Shown: positions 37,690 through 51,100 of the stretch, in pieces
Layout of the letters: the number at the start of each line of letters is the position of its first letter
Position numbering within the stretch: the stretch's first letter is position 1
Origin: Octopus bimaculoides
Lineage: Eukaryota
Assembly (NCBI RefSeq): GCF_001194135.2
Contig: NC_068981.1
Coordinates: 73,036,335-73,100,334 of the forward strand
Reading direction: 5' to 3'
DNA length: 64,000 nucleotides
The notes under the pieces: model-generated
Told to the model about the DNA's origin: nothing
Database searches by the model: none
What the model saw: only the letters and a program-made list of their open reading frames with translations
Position numbers and translations under genes: made by a program

Positions 37690-38170
37690 TGTATGATGCT
37701 TGTATATGAACTGTGATGCTGCAAAGTAATAAGCTATGGGCATTCAATGTAGCGTCCTCCTCTATGGATCCAAATGTTGGAAAAAGTATTGAAAAGAAAT
37801 TGGAGGTGTTTCAAAATAAATGTTTATGAAAACTTTTGAAAGTCTATTGGCCGAATATGATCAAAACTAGCCAACTACACACCAAGGCTAACATGAAACC
37901 AATAAGAGAAACTATTGAAGCAAGGAGATGGAAATGGCTAGGTAGAGTTTATCACTATAAACCGAGCTCAATTGTCAGGATCGCTTTGCAATGGGTTCTA
38001 CAAAGTAAAAGAAGATGTGACCAACAAAAGGAAGTGTGGCGGAGAACAATAACAAAAAGATCTTAAAAACAGAGGGTTAACAATGGAACAAGCTGTTAAG
38101 GATGCTTTCAGTGTTAGAAGGTGGAATGATCTTGCTGTCGCCTCAAGTGCTCCAAGGCACAATGAATGAA
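37690..38170 (+). mobile_element. RTE-like LINE 3' fragment
   Basis: ORF 37836-38066 reads VYWPNMI...ETIEARRWKWLGRV...WRRTI, a typical RTE C-terminus, and ends in a (GAAT)n-like tail. Confidence 0.7.
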
Positions 38171-39575
38171 TAAACCAAATGAATGAATAAATGATTCAAC
38201 ATAGAGAATGTTTGAAGGCTTGAACGAAATGAAGTGAGCATGCTTTGCTTGATGCTTAAATGATAAGGTGTAGATGAGTTGAGATGAATTAGATACAAGA
38301 AGTATCAGATGTGGTGCAGAAGAGAGAAGAGTGCATTGGTATGGACATGTAACATGTTGTCACCACCACCACCATCATCATTTATTGTCCATGTTCCATG
38401 CTGGCATGTCCTGGACAGTTTGATAGGATCTGATGAGTCTAAGGACTGCATTGTGCTTCAGTCTGCTTTGACATGTTTACTATGGCTGGATGTTCTTCCT
38501 AATGCTAACCACTTTATAACATATGCTGAGTGCTTTTTTTGTGCCCCCAGCATTAGTGAGTTTGCCATGCAGCTTGCAAGACTACAAACCCCTAAGGGTG
38601 TAACTCTATGTTGTAACCTGATCTCAGAATGCCAATTCTCACAAAGGGAGATGATAAAGGAACTCAACAAGTGTTAAGATGCTGTGTTGAAGAGAATTCA
38701 TCTAAGTCAAGGGTTCTCAAACTAGTTCATATAGACTCTGGTCTTTGATTAACATTTTGGCAGGGGAGAATAAAAGTTCAGGGCTTCACAGAGGGAGGTT
38801 GGTGGGGAATTTTTCAAGCAGAATATCCCAAGCTTTGTGCAACTGTTAAGCCCATTTAACTGGGTTTTTTTTACATTCATGTATAGTGGAACCTGGATTT
38901 AGCCATGTGCATTATTTACTAATGTCCATGGCCTATGGTTGGGGTGGTGCATCCAAAATTGCAGGATCGTGTTTTCCATTCCCAGATCAGGCAGCGTGTT
39001 GCGTTCTTGAGCAAAGCACTTCATTTCATGTTGCTCCAGTCTACTCAGCTATAAATGGTATCCCTACAATGAACCAACATCTTGTTCAAGGTTAATGCTT
39101 TCATTTTGGTCACTTACATTCCATGGAAAATGGGTAGCCACCCCAATGAGCCCTCGGACTTGAGATAATAATGTTCAGGTATTGTTGTTGCTGCTGATGA
39201 TGATGATTGTTAACCAAACAAACTGAGAAGCACTTTGAACATAGAATATAGTGATTTGTGGTTCAAACTCACAACCTGCAACCTAATATTTGTGATCTTA
39301 ACCATGCCCACCAAACATATCCCTCCCATTAAGACAGTTTAAGCATTAAAATTGTGTTTGTATTTGTAGTTTATCGAGTCTTTTCTCATGGAAATTGCAT
39401 TGAACACTAGTGAATTAGTCATGTTTTGAAATTTAAATTTCAATTAATTCATTTGAGGGTGAGTACATAATCTTTGTTATCAAGAGGGTTATCAAATAAA
39501 AAAGTTTAAGAAGCTCTCGTCTGATCCATGCGAATATAGGTGGACATGAAAAATAATGGTAATGATATATTCACA

Positions 39576-39624
<49 letters not shown>

Positions 39625-42388
39625 AGTGAGCTGGCAGAATCATTAGCATATTGGACAAAATGCTGCTACGCATTTTGTTCATCTTTGTGTTCTGAGTTCA
39701 AATTTCACTGAGGTTGACTTCACCTTTCACCATTTTGGGGCTGATAAAATAAGTACCAGTTGAGCAATGGGGTCATTGTAATTGACTATCTCCTTCCCTA
39801 AAGGCCTATAGCAAAAAAGGACCATCAACATCAGCATAAGAAGAATCATTAAAAGTTTCAGGCTAATAAGCTCTGTTGTACTTCCTGCAACTGTTTAGTT
39901 TCTCACTTCAGATCCAACTAAAGTCAACTTTGCATTTTATCCCTTGTGGTTGATAAAATAAAGTACCAGCCAACAAATTTAATTAGTTCACACCCTTCTA
40001 TCAAACTTTCAGACCTCTTATCTCTGATTGAAGCAATTGTTATGTACTCTTTTCAGTCATGTGACAAGTTTCAGTCATGTGACCAGACCTATGTTAGTAC
40101 TAAAAACACTTGAAGGGGTTTTTGGTTGATTGTACTGTCCCTAAGACTTGTTTGGATTTGGTATATATTGAAAGGCCAGGCTTCTGTTTTTTTATGAAGG
40201 AATGTAACTTGATATCCCTTTTCTCTTCTCTATAGTTTCTTTGTACTAAATTTCACAAGTCATTGGTCATCTGGTGGCTATAGTAAAAAATGTGTGTTCA
40301 AGACACTACACAGTGGATCAAACCCAGTGCACAATTATATCATCACTGTCTTATTGTTGACTTTTCCATGCTTGCAACAGCTAGATGGGATTTGTTGAGG
40401 CAGATTTTCCATGGCTGTATGACTTTCCTGTCTCCAACTCCCAACTGTTTCTAAGTAACCTGATATTTCTGAATGGTTGGATATGTTTTAATGGAAGATT
40501 AAAAATGAACGATACCCTTCATGTGATTGTGACGCTTACAACTATTGCCTGATGCCAAGATAAACACACACACATACACACACACATGATGGGCTTCTTT
40601 CACTTTATATTTACCAAATCTGCTTACAAGGTTTTGATCAGCCTGAGACTGTAGTAGAAAACACTTACCCAAGGTGCCATGCAGTGTGGCTGAACCCGGA
40701 ACAATGTGGCTGGGAAGCAGGGACCTCACCTTCATAGCTGTATATTTCTCTCCATCCAAGGGAAGTAAGCAAAATGGAGCCCATAGGCAAGCAGTATATA
40801 AATGTGCATGCTAGACAGGGTCAAGTGTTTTCCAGTGTTCAAATTTCTTGCGAACAGCGATTTTTTTTTTTTTAGTGGTTGACATATGAGAGTAAGTCTC
40901 AGATAGTTCCAGCTTTATGGACGTTATACTGATGATTATTGGGAAAGGAGAGAGACCTAAAGTGTTAGAGAAGATGGCTGTTACTGACTATTTCTATTAT
41001 ATTTGAGTTGTTGGAAGTAAAAGCTATAGGCTGGTGTATCATATAGTCCACCACCACTTGATAACTAGTGTGTTTATGTCCCTGTAACAGAGCAATAGAA
41101 TAAGTACTACTAAACTTTCGTTCACTCCTGCCAAAATATTAATCACTAACCAGAGTCTATATGGACTAATTTGAGAAGCCTTGAATCAGAAGAATTCTCT
41201 CCAACACAGCATTTTGCCACTTGTTAAGTTCCTTTGTCATCTCCTTTTGTGAGAGTCAGCATTTTGAGATCAGATTTTCTTCATTTCTTCTCATGTCTTC
41301 TTTGGTCTTTTCCTACCATAAAGTTAGACCCCTTGGGGTTTGTAATCTTGTGAGTTGCATGGCAAAGTACCAGGCTTAAAAGAATATACGTACTGGGTTT
41401 GATTCATGGTCGCAATATAACGTTGACCACTAAAGTGGACATTAATGTGCTAGAAATAGACATGTTGTGTCTACTAAGACCTAATTGTTCTCAAAACGAA
41501 ATTCAGCGAAATACCAAAATGTATGCGGGCAAGACTGAAAATTACAGAAATGAAACAGGTAAAAGATAAAAAGACAACATGATTTACACATTAATACACT
41601 GATAATTATGATATTTGGTGTCTGTTTTCTAATTAGATAAACTGAGTAAGAATTATATATAACAAGATGCAGCAGTTGTACCAGCCATTACACCCTCTAC
41701 TGGTTGTTAAACATCTAAACAAATCAGACTACTGTGATTTGGACAAGGCCAAGAAACAATCTTAAATCATTTTTATTCTTAGGCTGTCAAATAATTTACA
41801 TGATAGATAAGACTTCTGCTTCAAATTTTCATGTAAAAAATATTGTACCATTTATCATGTTCGTGTTTTACGTAGTGCATTTAGCATGTTGTGCATGTAT
41901 GAAAAGGAATGGATGCACACAACAGAATGCAACATATTTTAATTATGAAGTGGGTGGCGGGGAAAAAACATCTGAGATATAAAGAGAAACAGAATGTTGG
42001 ATTTGTTTCTCTTATGCAATGAACCAGTTTTTCTGTTATCACGAAAGATTTTTGGTATAAAGAGTGAAGAGGTGGGGGGGGGGGGATATTTAAAAATTTT
42101 TTTATCCTTCCTGTTTTCTTTAATTTCCTATAATTCCGTTCCATCTGCCATAATCTGATTTTCCCTCATTGCTCTTTAATTGTGTTTCTGGAAAATTTTA
42201 GCTGGTTAATGCTATCTACTGTCTTTACCAATCCTCAACCTCACAGCACTTGCAAACATGCACGCACACATGCACATGCAAATTCTGTCACCAAAGATGT
42301 TTTGATACTCAATTCTTTGTGATTCATTGCAACAAAAGACTTTAATCCTAATTATTTTCTTCATTCTCTCTCTATCTCTATCTCTCTT

Positions 42389-42419
<31 letters not shown>

Positions 42420-42588
42420 TTCTCTCTCTTTCTCTTTCTCTCTCTCTCTCNNNNNNNNNNTCTCTCTCTCTCTCTTTCTCTCTCTTTCTCTTTCTCTCTC
42501 TCTCTCTCCCTCCCTCTCTCTCTCAACAATTAGTTCATTGCGAATTTCGAAAGAAAGGAACTCAGCTTTTACAGCTTTAAAATGTTAT

Positions 42589-42757
42589 TAGGGTATTTTA
42601 ACGTGTATAAGGAACCCCTTTTTTTGTGCCAAAAATTAGGTTAAAAATGCATGGATATTATTAAATCCCTTACAAAACCTTTTTCCCAAATTGTAAGCCC
42701 CCAAAATTAGGGGGTTCTTTATACACGAGAGTTCCTTATACACGTTAAAACACTGTA
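42589..42757. mobile_element. TA-flanked MITE (pogo/Tc1-type)
   Basis: Inverted termini tattttaacgtgtataaggaac / gttccttatacacgttaaaaca, with TA on both sides. Confidence 0.65.
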
Positions 42758-43048
42758 TATCCTAATTAAATCGAGATTTCTGCTTTAGTTTTCGCATTGA
42801 AGAGTTAAGTAATTTCACTTCTCATTTAAATATTGTTCTTTTAAAAGAACTCCATGTATCGCACACCCACACACACATACATATATACATCCTACAGGTG
42901 TATTTATGTTAATAGCTATAATGGACTAGCAACTCAGTTAAATGATATATAATTGGTGTAACTAGCTTAAGTGCGAACACACAAAACTCTCAGCCCTTGA
43001 GTCACTCTGTTGCTTCTGCTGAATATCAACTAGTGTTTTATTTAAATG

Positions 43049-43090
<42 letters not shown>

Positions 43091-43389
43091 GTGGAGGATT
43101 TCCATCATTCAACAATGAGGATTCAATTGTTCGATCAACTGAATTACCTGCTCTTGAATTGATGTGTAAATGTAAGTGGCTGACTATTCCACAGACCCTT
43201 AACATAATTTTCAGAAAAAAAAAAGAGGAGTACTCAATGTATGGTGTAGAGTTTATATCAAGTACCAATTTATAATTCACTCTGTCACTCCTCAGTTTCA
43301 TGCACATTGCCAGTTCCCTAGCATTCAGACAGTATTACACCCAACTACACACACTTATAGACACAATTGAAAGCTCTCTCTGTTCCCCC

Positions 43390-43436
<47 letters not shown>

Positions 43437-44717
43437 TACATATATGTTATATACATATATACACACATGGCTCAGTGGTTAGAGTATCAAGCTCACAATC
43501 ACAAGGTAGTGAGTTTGATTCCCAGCCTTGGCTGTGTTGTGCTCTTGAGCAATACACTTTACTTCACATTGCTTCAGTTCACTCAGCTGTAGAAATGAGT
43601 TACGATGTCACTGGTGCCAAGCTTTTGCCTTTCCTTTGGATAACATTGGTGGCATGGAGAGGGGTGACTGCTGGTCTTCCATAAACAACCTTGCCTGGAC
43701 TTGTGCCTTGGAGGGGAACTTTCTACGGGCAATCCCATGGCCATTCATGACTGAAGGGGATCCTTTTCTTTACTTTACACACATACATATGTAGTATCAT
43801 GTTTACTTTCCCTGCTTGGATGTGTGTTCTTATTTAGAGTTAGCTCTTATTTAAAGTTAGTTCTAAACATGAATTGGAACTCTACATCTCCTTCATGCAT
43901 TTAATTCTGGTATAGCATCTATAACTGGATGCCCTGCCTCACACCAACCACTTGATAAAGTCTACTGAGTGTATATTGTTATGGCACCAGAGAAAGAGAG
44001 AAAGAAAAAGATTGTCGAGTTCTCTCGACTTTATTTTACTTCTATTGTTTCCAGGCAAATGTAAGCGATTGAATTGAAAAAAAAAAAGAGTTGTTACTAA
44101 GAGGGTGATAGAAGAAAATGTATGAGTATGAGTGTGAAATAGAGTGAGAGACTGAGAGGAAACAGCATGTCAGCTCTCTCTCCAGATTTGCTTGTAACAT
44201 CTTGGCATTGAAACTCTTCATGGCAGTGTGCTTGTTGTGCACACAACTGAAGATTGCTTCGATGTTTTTGTTGATCTCTGTTCCTGTCTTTCTAAATCCA
44301 AGTTGATGTTATAAAGCAATTAGTGATGATGATGATGATAATGGTGGTGGTGGTGGTGATGATGGTCATCACAACAATATAGTAGCTGCAGCATTGCTGT
44401 TGATGACGATGATGATGATGTTGATGCTGCTATTGCTGCTGCTGCTGCTGCTTCTAATAATTATTTAACTCCTGTTCTTCCACTTTAAATTGAAAAATCA
44501 TTGTCACCGTTTGGTAGGGTGATGGTGAACAAGACAAAAGAAATGCCTTGAGGTAATTAATGTTGTCTCTGTATATTTGAGTTCTAATTCCATTGAAGTT
44601 CTTTTTTTTTTCATCCTTCTGCAGTCAGTTAAGTATATATCAGTCAAGTGAAATGTGTGTGGTGGAGATGCTCTATATGGTTGCTTGACTTACTAGAGAT
44701 AGTAGTCAAATCTCTAC

Positions 44718-45260
44718 TCATCATCATCATTGTTTAATGTCCGTTTTCCATGCTAGCATGGGTTGGATGGGGTCTGGGAGGCCAGAAGGCTGCACCAGGC
44801 TCCAGTCTGATCTGGCAGTGTTTCTACAGCTGGGTGCCCTTCTTCATGCCAACCACTCCATGAGTGTAGTGGGTGCTTTTTACGTGCCACCAGCACAGGG
44901 GCCAGAGGAGGCTGGCAATGCCCACGAATGATTGGTGCTTTTTATGTGCCACCAGCACGGAAGCCAGCATTGGCCATGTTTGGATGGTGCTTTTTACATG
45001 CCACTGGCACAGGGATCACAACTACAATTTCCATTTGATTTTCATTTTGATGTTGATGTACTTGACTCAATAGATCTCCTCAAGCACAGCATGTTGCCCT
45101 ACAATCCAAGGTACTTTTGAATGGGCTGGGGCTGGTTATGTGAAACTGGTGTAGGATACAGCCGTGAACTCACTTTATTTGCCGGGTCTTCTCAATCACA
45201 GCATCTCTCCAGAGGTCTCAGTCTTTCGTCATTGCCTCTGTGAAGCCCAACGTTGGAAGG
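44718..45260 (-). mobile_element. RTE LINE 3' end
   Basis: Same 3'UTR and ORF-end sequence as 55057-55620, with a (GAT)n tail. Confidence 0.75.
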
Positions 45261-46007
45261 TGATGCTTCATCATGGAAAATGAAAGACACATTGCATAAC
45301 GTAGTTCTAGATCCCCTGTCCTTAAGAATAAGAAGGGATGGTCATGACAAAAATGTCTTTAACCCTTTTGATATCAAATTCCCTGGAATTATCCCTGGTT
45401 CTATGATACCAACTTCATATTTTAACCCTTTAGCATTCACATGATTCTGTTATTTACATTTTCAATTAATCATGCATCAATTTGTAGCTTTGAGATTTTG
45501 ATGAGGTAACTGTTAATTTTTAGAATGATATTGTAGGATTGGTGTGAGAGGCTGGATCTAGCCAGTTTGAACATAAAACAGGTAAAATATTTTGGTTGGA
45601 TATGGTCACCTTAAATGCTAAAGGGTTAAAGTGACCTAAATTAAAACCTTCTGTCAAAATTTTGTTATTTGTCTCAAACATCTACTTAATAATGACAAAG
45701 TTAATTTATTAAATTCTTCATTATTTTTGAAAATTAATTGAAACAAAAGCTGTGTAGTTTGAGAGAAATATGGTGAAAAAAAAAGGGTAAAACATAGGCC
45801 TGCTTTATCAGGCCTGCCCTGTGGTTAAGCAACAACAAATATTATATTCCTTTTGCATATTGGAAATCATTTCAATTGGCTCTACCCAACTTTACTCTGT
45901 CCCATCTCTATAAACGTTTGATTTCATGCCAGTGTGCAAAACCATTATTATTTTATATACTCCTCTCTGTGTTTGTCTGTATTTCTTGATATGTTATTGC
46001 GAAACAG

Positions 46008-46052
46008 ATTCTCATTTCAACTGACCGTCGATACTAAACGCATGACTCAAAA
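46008..46052 (+). CDS. Candidate LIG1 start exon (5'UTR + ATG ACT CAA AA, MTQK...)
   Basis: A long pyrimidine tract ends in gaaacAG; ATG at 46042; donor-like GTcagt at 46053; MTQKS resembles the N-terminal PIP box of LIG1. No continuation exon was found. Confidence 0.3.
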
Positions 46053-47674
46053 GTCAGTTATTTTCTTTTGGTTTTTCACCAATTCCATCAAGCCTACGTC
46101 AGCAGTTATTAAGGCTCATAGAATTTTTTATTCAGTTAGTTTTTAAAAAGAAAAACAGAGCAAGAAAAATATAATACAATTGATAGAGTCGGTTAAGTTT
46201 TTATTTATTTATTTTCACCAGATGCCTTAGTGAGAATGCACATTGGCTTGTCTGCATATGTATTACATGCATTCTGTCTGTACATTTGCATCATTTTGAA
46301 TACATTTTTTTCCTTTCTTTCATCATTTGTATTTTCCATAATCATTTTTACCTCCATATATATTAAAATCATTCAATTTCAAAGCATGTAATATGTCCTT
46401 TTTTTGTTGTTGTTGGTAAGGCTGGTGGGGCATTCATTCTTGTAAAGAAAAAACAAAAGAAAGGGAGAGAGAGAGAGAGAGAGATCAAATGTGATATAAT
46501 AATTTAGCTGAATGATTCAAAATTGTAATATTCGAAAAACCTTTTGATTTTCCTTTTATATTTTGTGTGTATGGTTTTGCTGCTTTAAAATTCTTTTATT
46601 TCTATTTCCTTAAGATTAAATCTCTAACTGTATTAAGAGTAATTTTATTAAAAATAATATTCCATGGTCCAATGATGAGTGTTTAATGTTAGGTTTACAG
46701 TACTCATTAATGTTTGATGAATCATTGTTTTGTCATTGTTTATTGGAAGAATATTCTGTATAGTGTTCTGTATGGTGCCATAATTTGGTTTTTATTATTT
46801 TGGATGTTTTAGAATGACATAAATTTATCTATTTTTGTAAAAATAATATTCTTATCAGGCACATGGCTTGTTTCTGTTGTCAGGAGATATAATTACATAT
46901 CAATTATACATACCTTTTTTTGTGGGGATATATAACCAGGCATGGCTGTGTGGTTAAGAAGTTCAATTCCCAACCACATGTTTTCTGGTTCAGTCCCACT
47001 GCATTGAACTTGTAACCCTTTTTGTTAGTTGTACCACTGAACTACCTGATAAAATTAATTATGTAAACAATAAGCAGGACTGTAAAGCTACATAGCTTTT
47101 CTTAAAGCATAGCCATAGATTCAAGTCCCTGTCATATCTTGGTTGTAGGCTACTGCTGGGAAATCTCTTATTCAACTTATACCCTTCCCCAAATTTGCTA
47201 GCTTTGTGCCAAATTCGAAATCAATATGTTATTAACACATTAAAGGTGGCCTAGTTGTCATTTAACCCCAGGTCAGCCCTCATTGAGTTGACCTGTGATC
47301 AAAGGTGTTCCAGACATGATCATCTTATTTTACTCTCAAAGAGTGCTTCTAGGCCCACATTATCCAATGTGTTCATATGTTTTTAAGATGGAAGGGTGTA
47401 GTTTTATGAAAATTTGACTGCCATTTCTAATAGGTTGCATAAATACATACAGGTTTTGTCAGAGGCCCAGTTTGAATGTTTGTATTGAAGAAGTCACTGA
47501 AAGGTCAGATGGTATTACTGGTGGCAGTGGTAGTGATGTGTTAGACCTACCACCTGATTCACCATTCTTAGAAGACAAACTTTGATGACATCTATCAATT
47601 GATATTTTGACTATTATTATGTTTTTCAAGATTCCTGATGGGGATGGTCATTTGTTTTTTTTTGTTTTTTTTTG

Positions 47675-48002
47675 CCAAATAAGTGCTCGCACTATATATT
47701 ATTTCTTCATTTCAGATTTATTATTGTTCTTATTTTATTGTTCTTTGCTTGAAAATCTTTTGTCACATATCCTGTGACCTCTTCAGTGACTCTCCATTGC
47801 ATGTGTCTCCTCCTGTTCTGTTTAGCCCATTCTCTAGTTTAAGACAGAATGGAATAAACAACAGGAGAGGAAACATAGGATGGAGAGTCATTGAGGAGGT
47901 CATAGAATGTGTGACAAAAGATTTTCAGACAAAGAACAATAAAATAAGAATGATAATAAATCTGAAGTGAAGAACGAATATATAGTGCTTGTACTTATTT
48001 GG
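47675..48002. repeat. Long fold-back: ~150-bp inverted arms (47675-47824 and 47855-48002) with a 30-nt loop
   Basis: The arms align end to end by eye, e.g. ttcttcatttcagatttattattgttcttattttattgttctttg against the reverse complement ttcttcacttcagatttattatcattcttattttattgttctttg. Confidence 0.9.
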
Positions 48003-48099
48003 GAAGAAAAAAATATATATAAATGTCTGTCCTGAAATATAACAATATATGTCTCAATTCCTTTTATCTAATTTAGCTTTAAAATTCTCTCACTTGCAG

Positions 48100-48195
48100 C
48101 AATGGTGAAGTGAAACCTGTAGAGGACAAGAAATACAATCCAGCTGACAGTAAATATGATCCCATCAAATCAGCCTGTTGGGCCCCAAAAGCAAA
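48100..48195 (+). CDS. LIG1: DNA ligase I exon (start of DNA-binding domain): NGEVKPVEDKKYNPADSKYDPIKSACWAPKA(K)
   Basis: Flanked by cttgcAG and GTaagt; 96 nt, phase 2-2; resembles the LIG1 motif YNPAKNNYHPVEDACW; splices in frame to the next exon. Confidence 0.92.
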
Positions 48196-51100
48196 GTAAG
48201 TAGCCTTATTGCTTGTATCATTGTATCACTTAACCATTTAGCATTTAAACCGGCCATATCTGGCTTAAATATTGTACCAGTTTTATGTTAAAACTAGCCA
48301 GATCTAGCCTCTCACACCTATTCTACAATGTTATTCTAAAAATATAATCACATCATCAAAATTTTGAAGCTATGAAATAAAGTATGATTAATCCAAAAGA
48401 ATGTGAATAAATAAGCATTACATTTGACAGAGTGATATTAATGCTAAAAGGTTAACCCTTTAACGTCAAATGTTCTGCTTATTTGTTCACATTGTTTTGA
48501 ATTAATCACACATTACTTATTTTTAGAATTCTGAGTTCTGGAGTAGGTGTGAAAGGCCAGGTCTGGCTGGTTTGAACATAAAATAGATTGAATGTTTGGG
48601 CTGGATATGGCCAGTTTTAATGCTAAAGGGTTAATGTGTACTCATTATGTATATGATTGGGGAATAAATGTCTACCAAATAAAACTCTGACCCATGCAAG
48701 CATAGAAAGGTGGACATTAAATGATGATGAGGAGGATAACGATGATAATAATTAATCTGTATTTTGCTACCTCCGTCTACTCCTGTCTGTGGTAGACTGA
48801 AAAGACTACAGGTGCAATTTGTTACTAATGTAAAAGATTTTAAAAAAAAAAAGCTGTTTGAACTGGTAACCTTATAGTATATATTCAAAGTTGTTCTTGA
48901 TTTTGGTCATAGCCAGTATTTATCATTACCATCATCGCCAGAATTTCTCTTTACATTTCACAAATACCAGACAGTTAACAAGATAGTTATTCCACTGAAG
49001 GTTGATTGTGAGAGTTCAGTACATTATTCCTCACAACTAAATATTTATCTTCTGATGATATTTATTACTTGCTTTTCATTCTCATTGCTCTTTCTGGTTT
49101 TCCTCAGTTGATGCTGTGTGATATTGATGATGTCTTACCAAGAATATATCTTCAGGCTTCTATGGTTCCGATTGTATAACACTTTGTTTTTGGCCTCTTT
49201 TCCTTCCTGTTTTCAAAAGTTTTCACACAGACAAATCTGCTTCTGGTTATCTGTTGACTCACATTGCAAAACTATACTAACTAGTCAGCTCATTTATTTT
49301 CTATAAGATAGTTGCATTGTTTCCAATTCCTTTTCACCATAACATTTATCTGTGTGCAAACAGACCTTTACAAATCGTAAACACCTGACAGTTCTTTACT
49401 GTTGTAATTTAATGATGTCTATTGTATGAATAACATTGTGTGTCTGATTCTTTTGGAAGTGTATTTGGTTGATGTTTGAAAACTACCCATTGTGTATATA
49501 TGTGCATGTATGTAGATACTTACATTCTTGTAGCCATACAAATGCATTACAACTATAGAAACATTTTGCATGTGTGTGTGTGTGTGTGTGTGTTTGCAAA
49601 TAACCAATTGAATATGGACATGTTTATGTATGTGTCTATATTCACTTATATAATTGAATAATATATTTTTAATAACATACATAAATGTGTGTAGTGTGTG
49701 TTTGATTCAGTTTATACATTACTTTAGTGATGCTTGATTACATCCACAAAAACACACTTGTGCACTCATTTACATATACACATACACACACCTGCATATA
49801 TGCACACATGTGCAGATGCATGTATAGTAATATGAGAGAATTATGTTTATATCTGAATGTGTTTTTCCCTACATAGTACCAATTAATTCAATCACACATT
49901 CTAATTTTTGCCTTACATTCATTCAGATATGTTACCACTCCAAAGTTTGAGAATTGAAAGGTTAGCCCAACATAATTTCAACCTAGATAGGGAAGCCATC
50001 AAGCCATTTGCTTTCTATTCAAATTGAAACAGTCCTAAAATCTGTGTTACATTCCCTCATTTCTCTCAGTTCTGTGAAGAATTTGGTACAGATGCAGTTT
50101 TCCTTATGAACTTAGAATTGTCCTTGATACATTCTGAAATAGGCTACCCATTAAAAACATTATGAAACTATAGAATATGAGAGAATTAATGATTTACTTT
50201 GGCAAATATTTGACATTCTCCAAGGCTTTTTGTGTTTTGTTTGCTTTGCTAGCTTACTCCTTTTGATACTGTCTAGCCTGAGACTACCCCCTAGATTTAT
50301 GATGATAATTCCCTGTTTTAACCCTTTCGATACCAACTAGCATGAAGCCTATCCCTAGTTTTATGATAGAAATTTCTTACTCTAAAGTATTAAAACCTTC
50401 CATCAAAATACCATCTTTATGTTTGAAATACCTGTTTAATAATGACAGTTATTTTATTTAAATTCTTCAATACTTCCAAAATTAAGTTAAACAAAGATAA
50501 TATATTTCATTGGCAATATGGCAACAAAAGGGTTAAAGTGATCTAAGTTAGAAGCTTTCATCAAAATCTTATGTCTATTTCTTCCAAATACCAGTTTAAT
50601 AAAGGCAAAATTATTTTACTAAAGTTGTCATTATTTTCAAAATTAATTGAAACACAAGCAGTGGATTTTAGCGGAAATATGTCGACAGAAGTATTAAAGC
50701 ACCACATCAGATCACTTTTTATTCAATGTTATTGTGTATAATCAATTTATTTTGACAGGTTAATATCTCTAAAAATGTTGCATTTTATATTATGTGCAAA
50801 AAGCATCTCCAAGACAACTGAACCTCATTAATTCAACAAAGCCACCTGATTTATCTTCACTGTGACTAAAATAACAACTTTGTCTTTGTTTATTTCATGA
50901 AAGTATTATAAGTTCATCATCATCATCATCATCATCATCATTTAAGATATGTTGTCCATGCTGGCATGGGTTGAATGGTTTGACCAGGGTTGGTAATCTG
51001 AGGGGCTGCACCAGACTCCAGTCTGATTTGGCACGGTTTCTACAGCTGGATGCCCTTCCTAACATCAACCACTGAGAGTGTAATGGCTGCTAGTTGCATG

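Noticed and set aside
46047-46088. Minus-strand MELVKNQKKITDF* (PIP-like)
   Set aside because: It is a tiny ORF on the strand opposite LIG1, with no splice context.
47683-47970. 95-aa + strand ORF just upstream of the first LIG1 exon found
   Set aside because: It is explained by the fold-back repeat, shows no LIG1 similarity and has no suitable donor.
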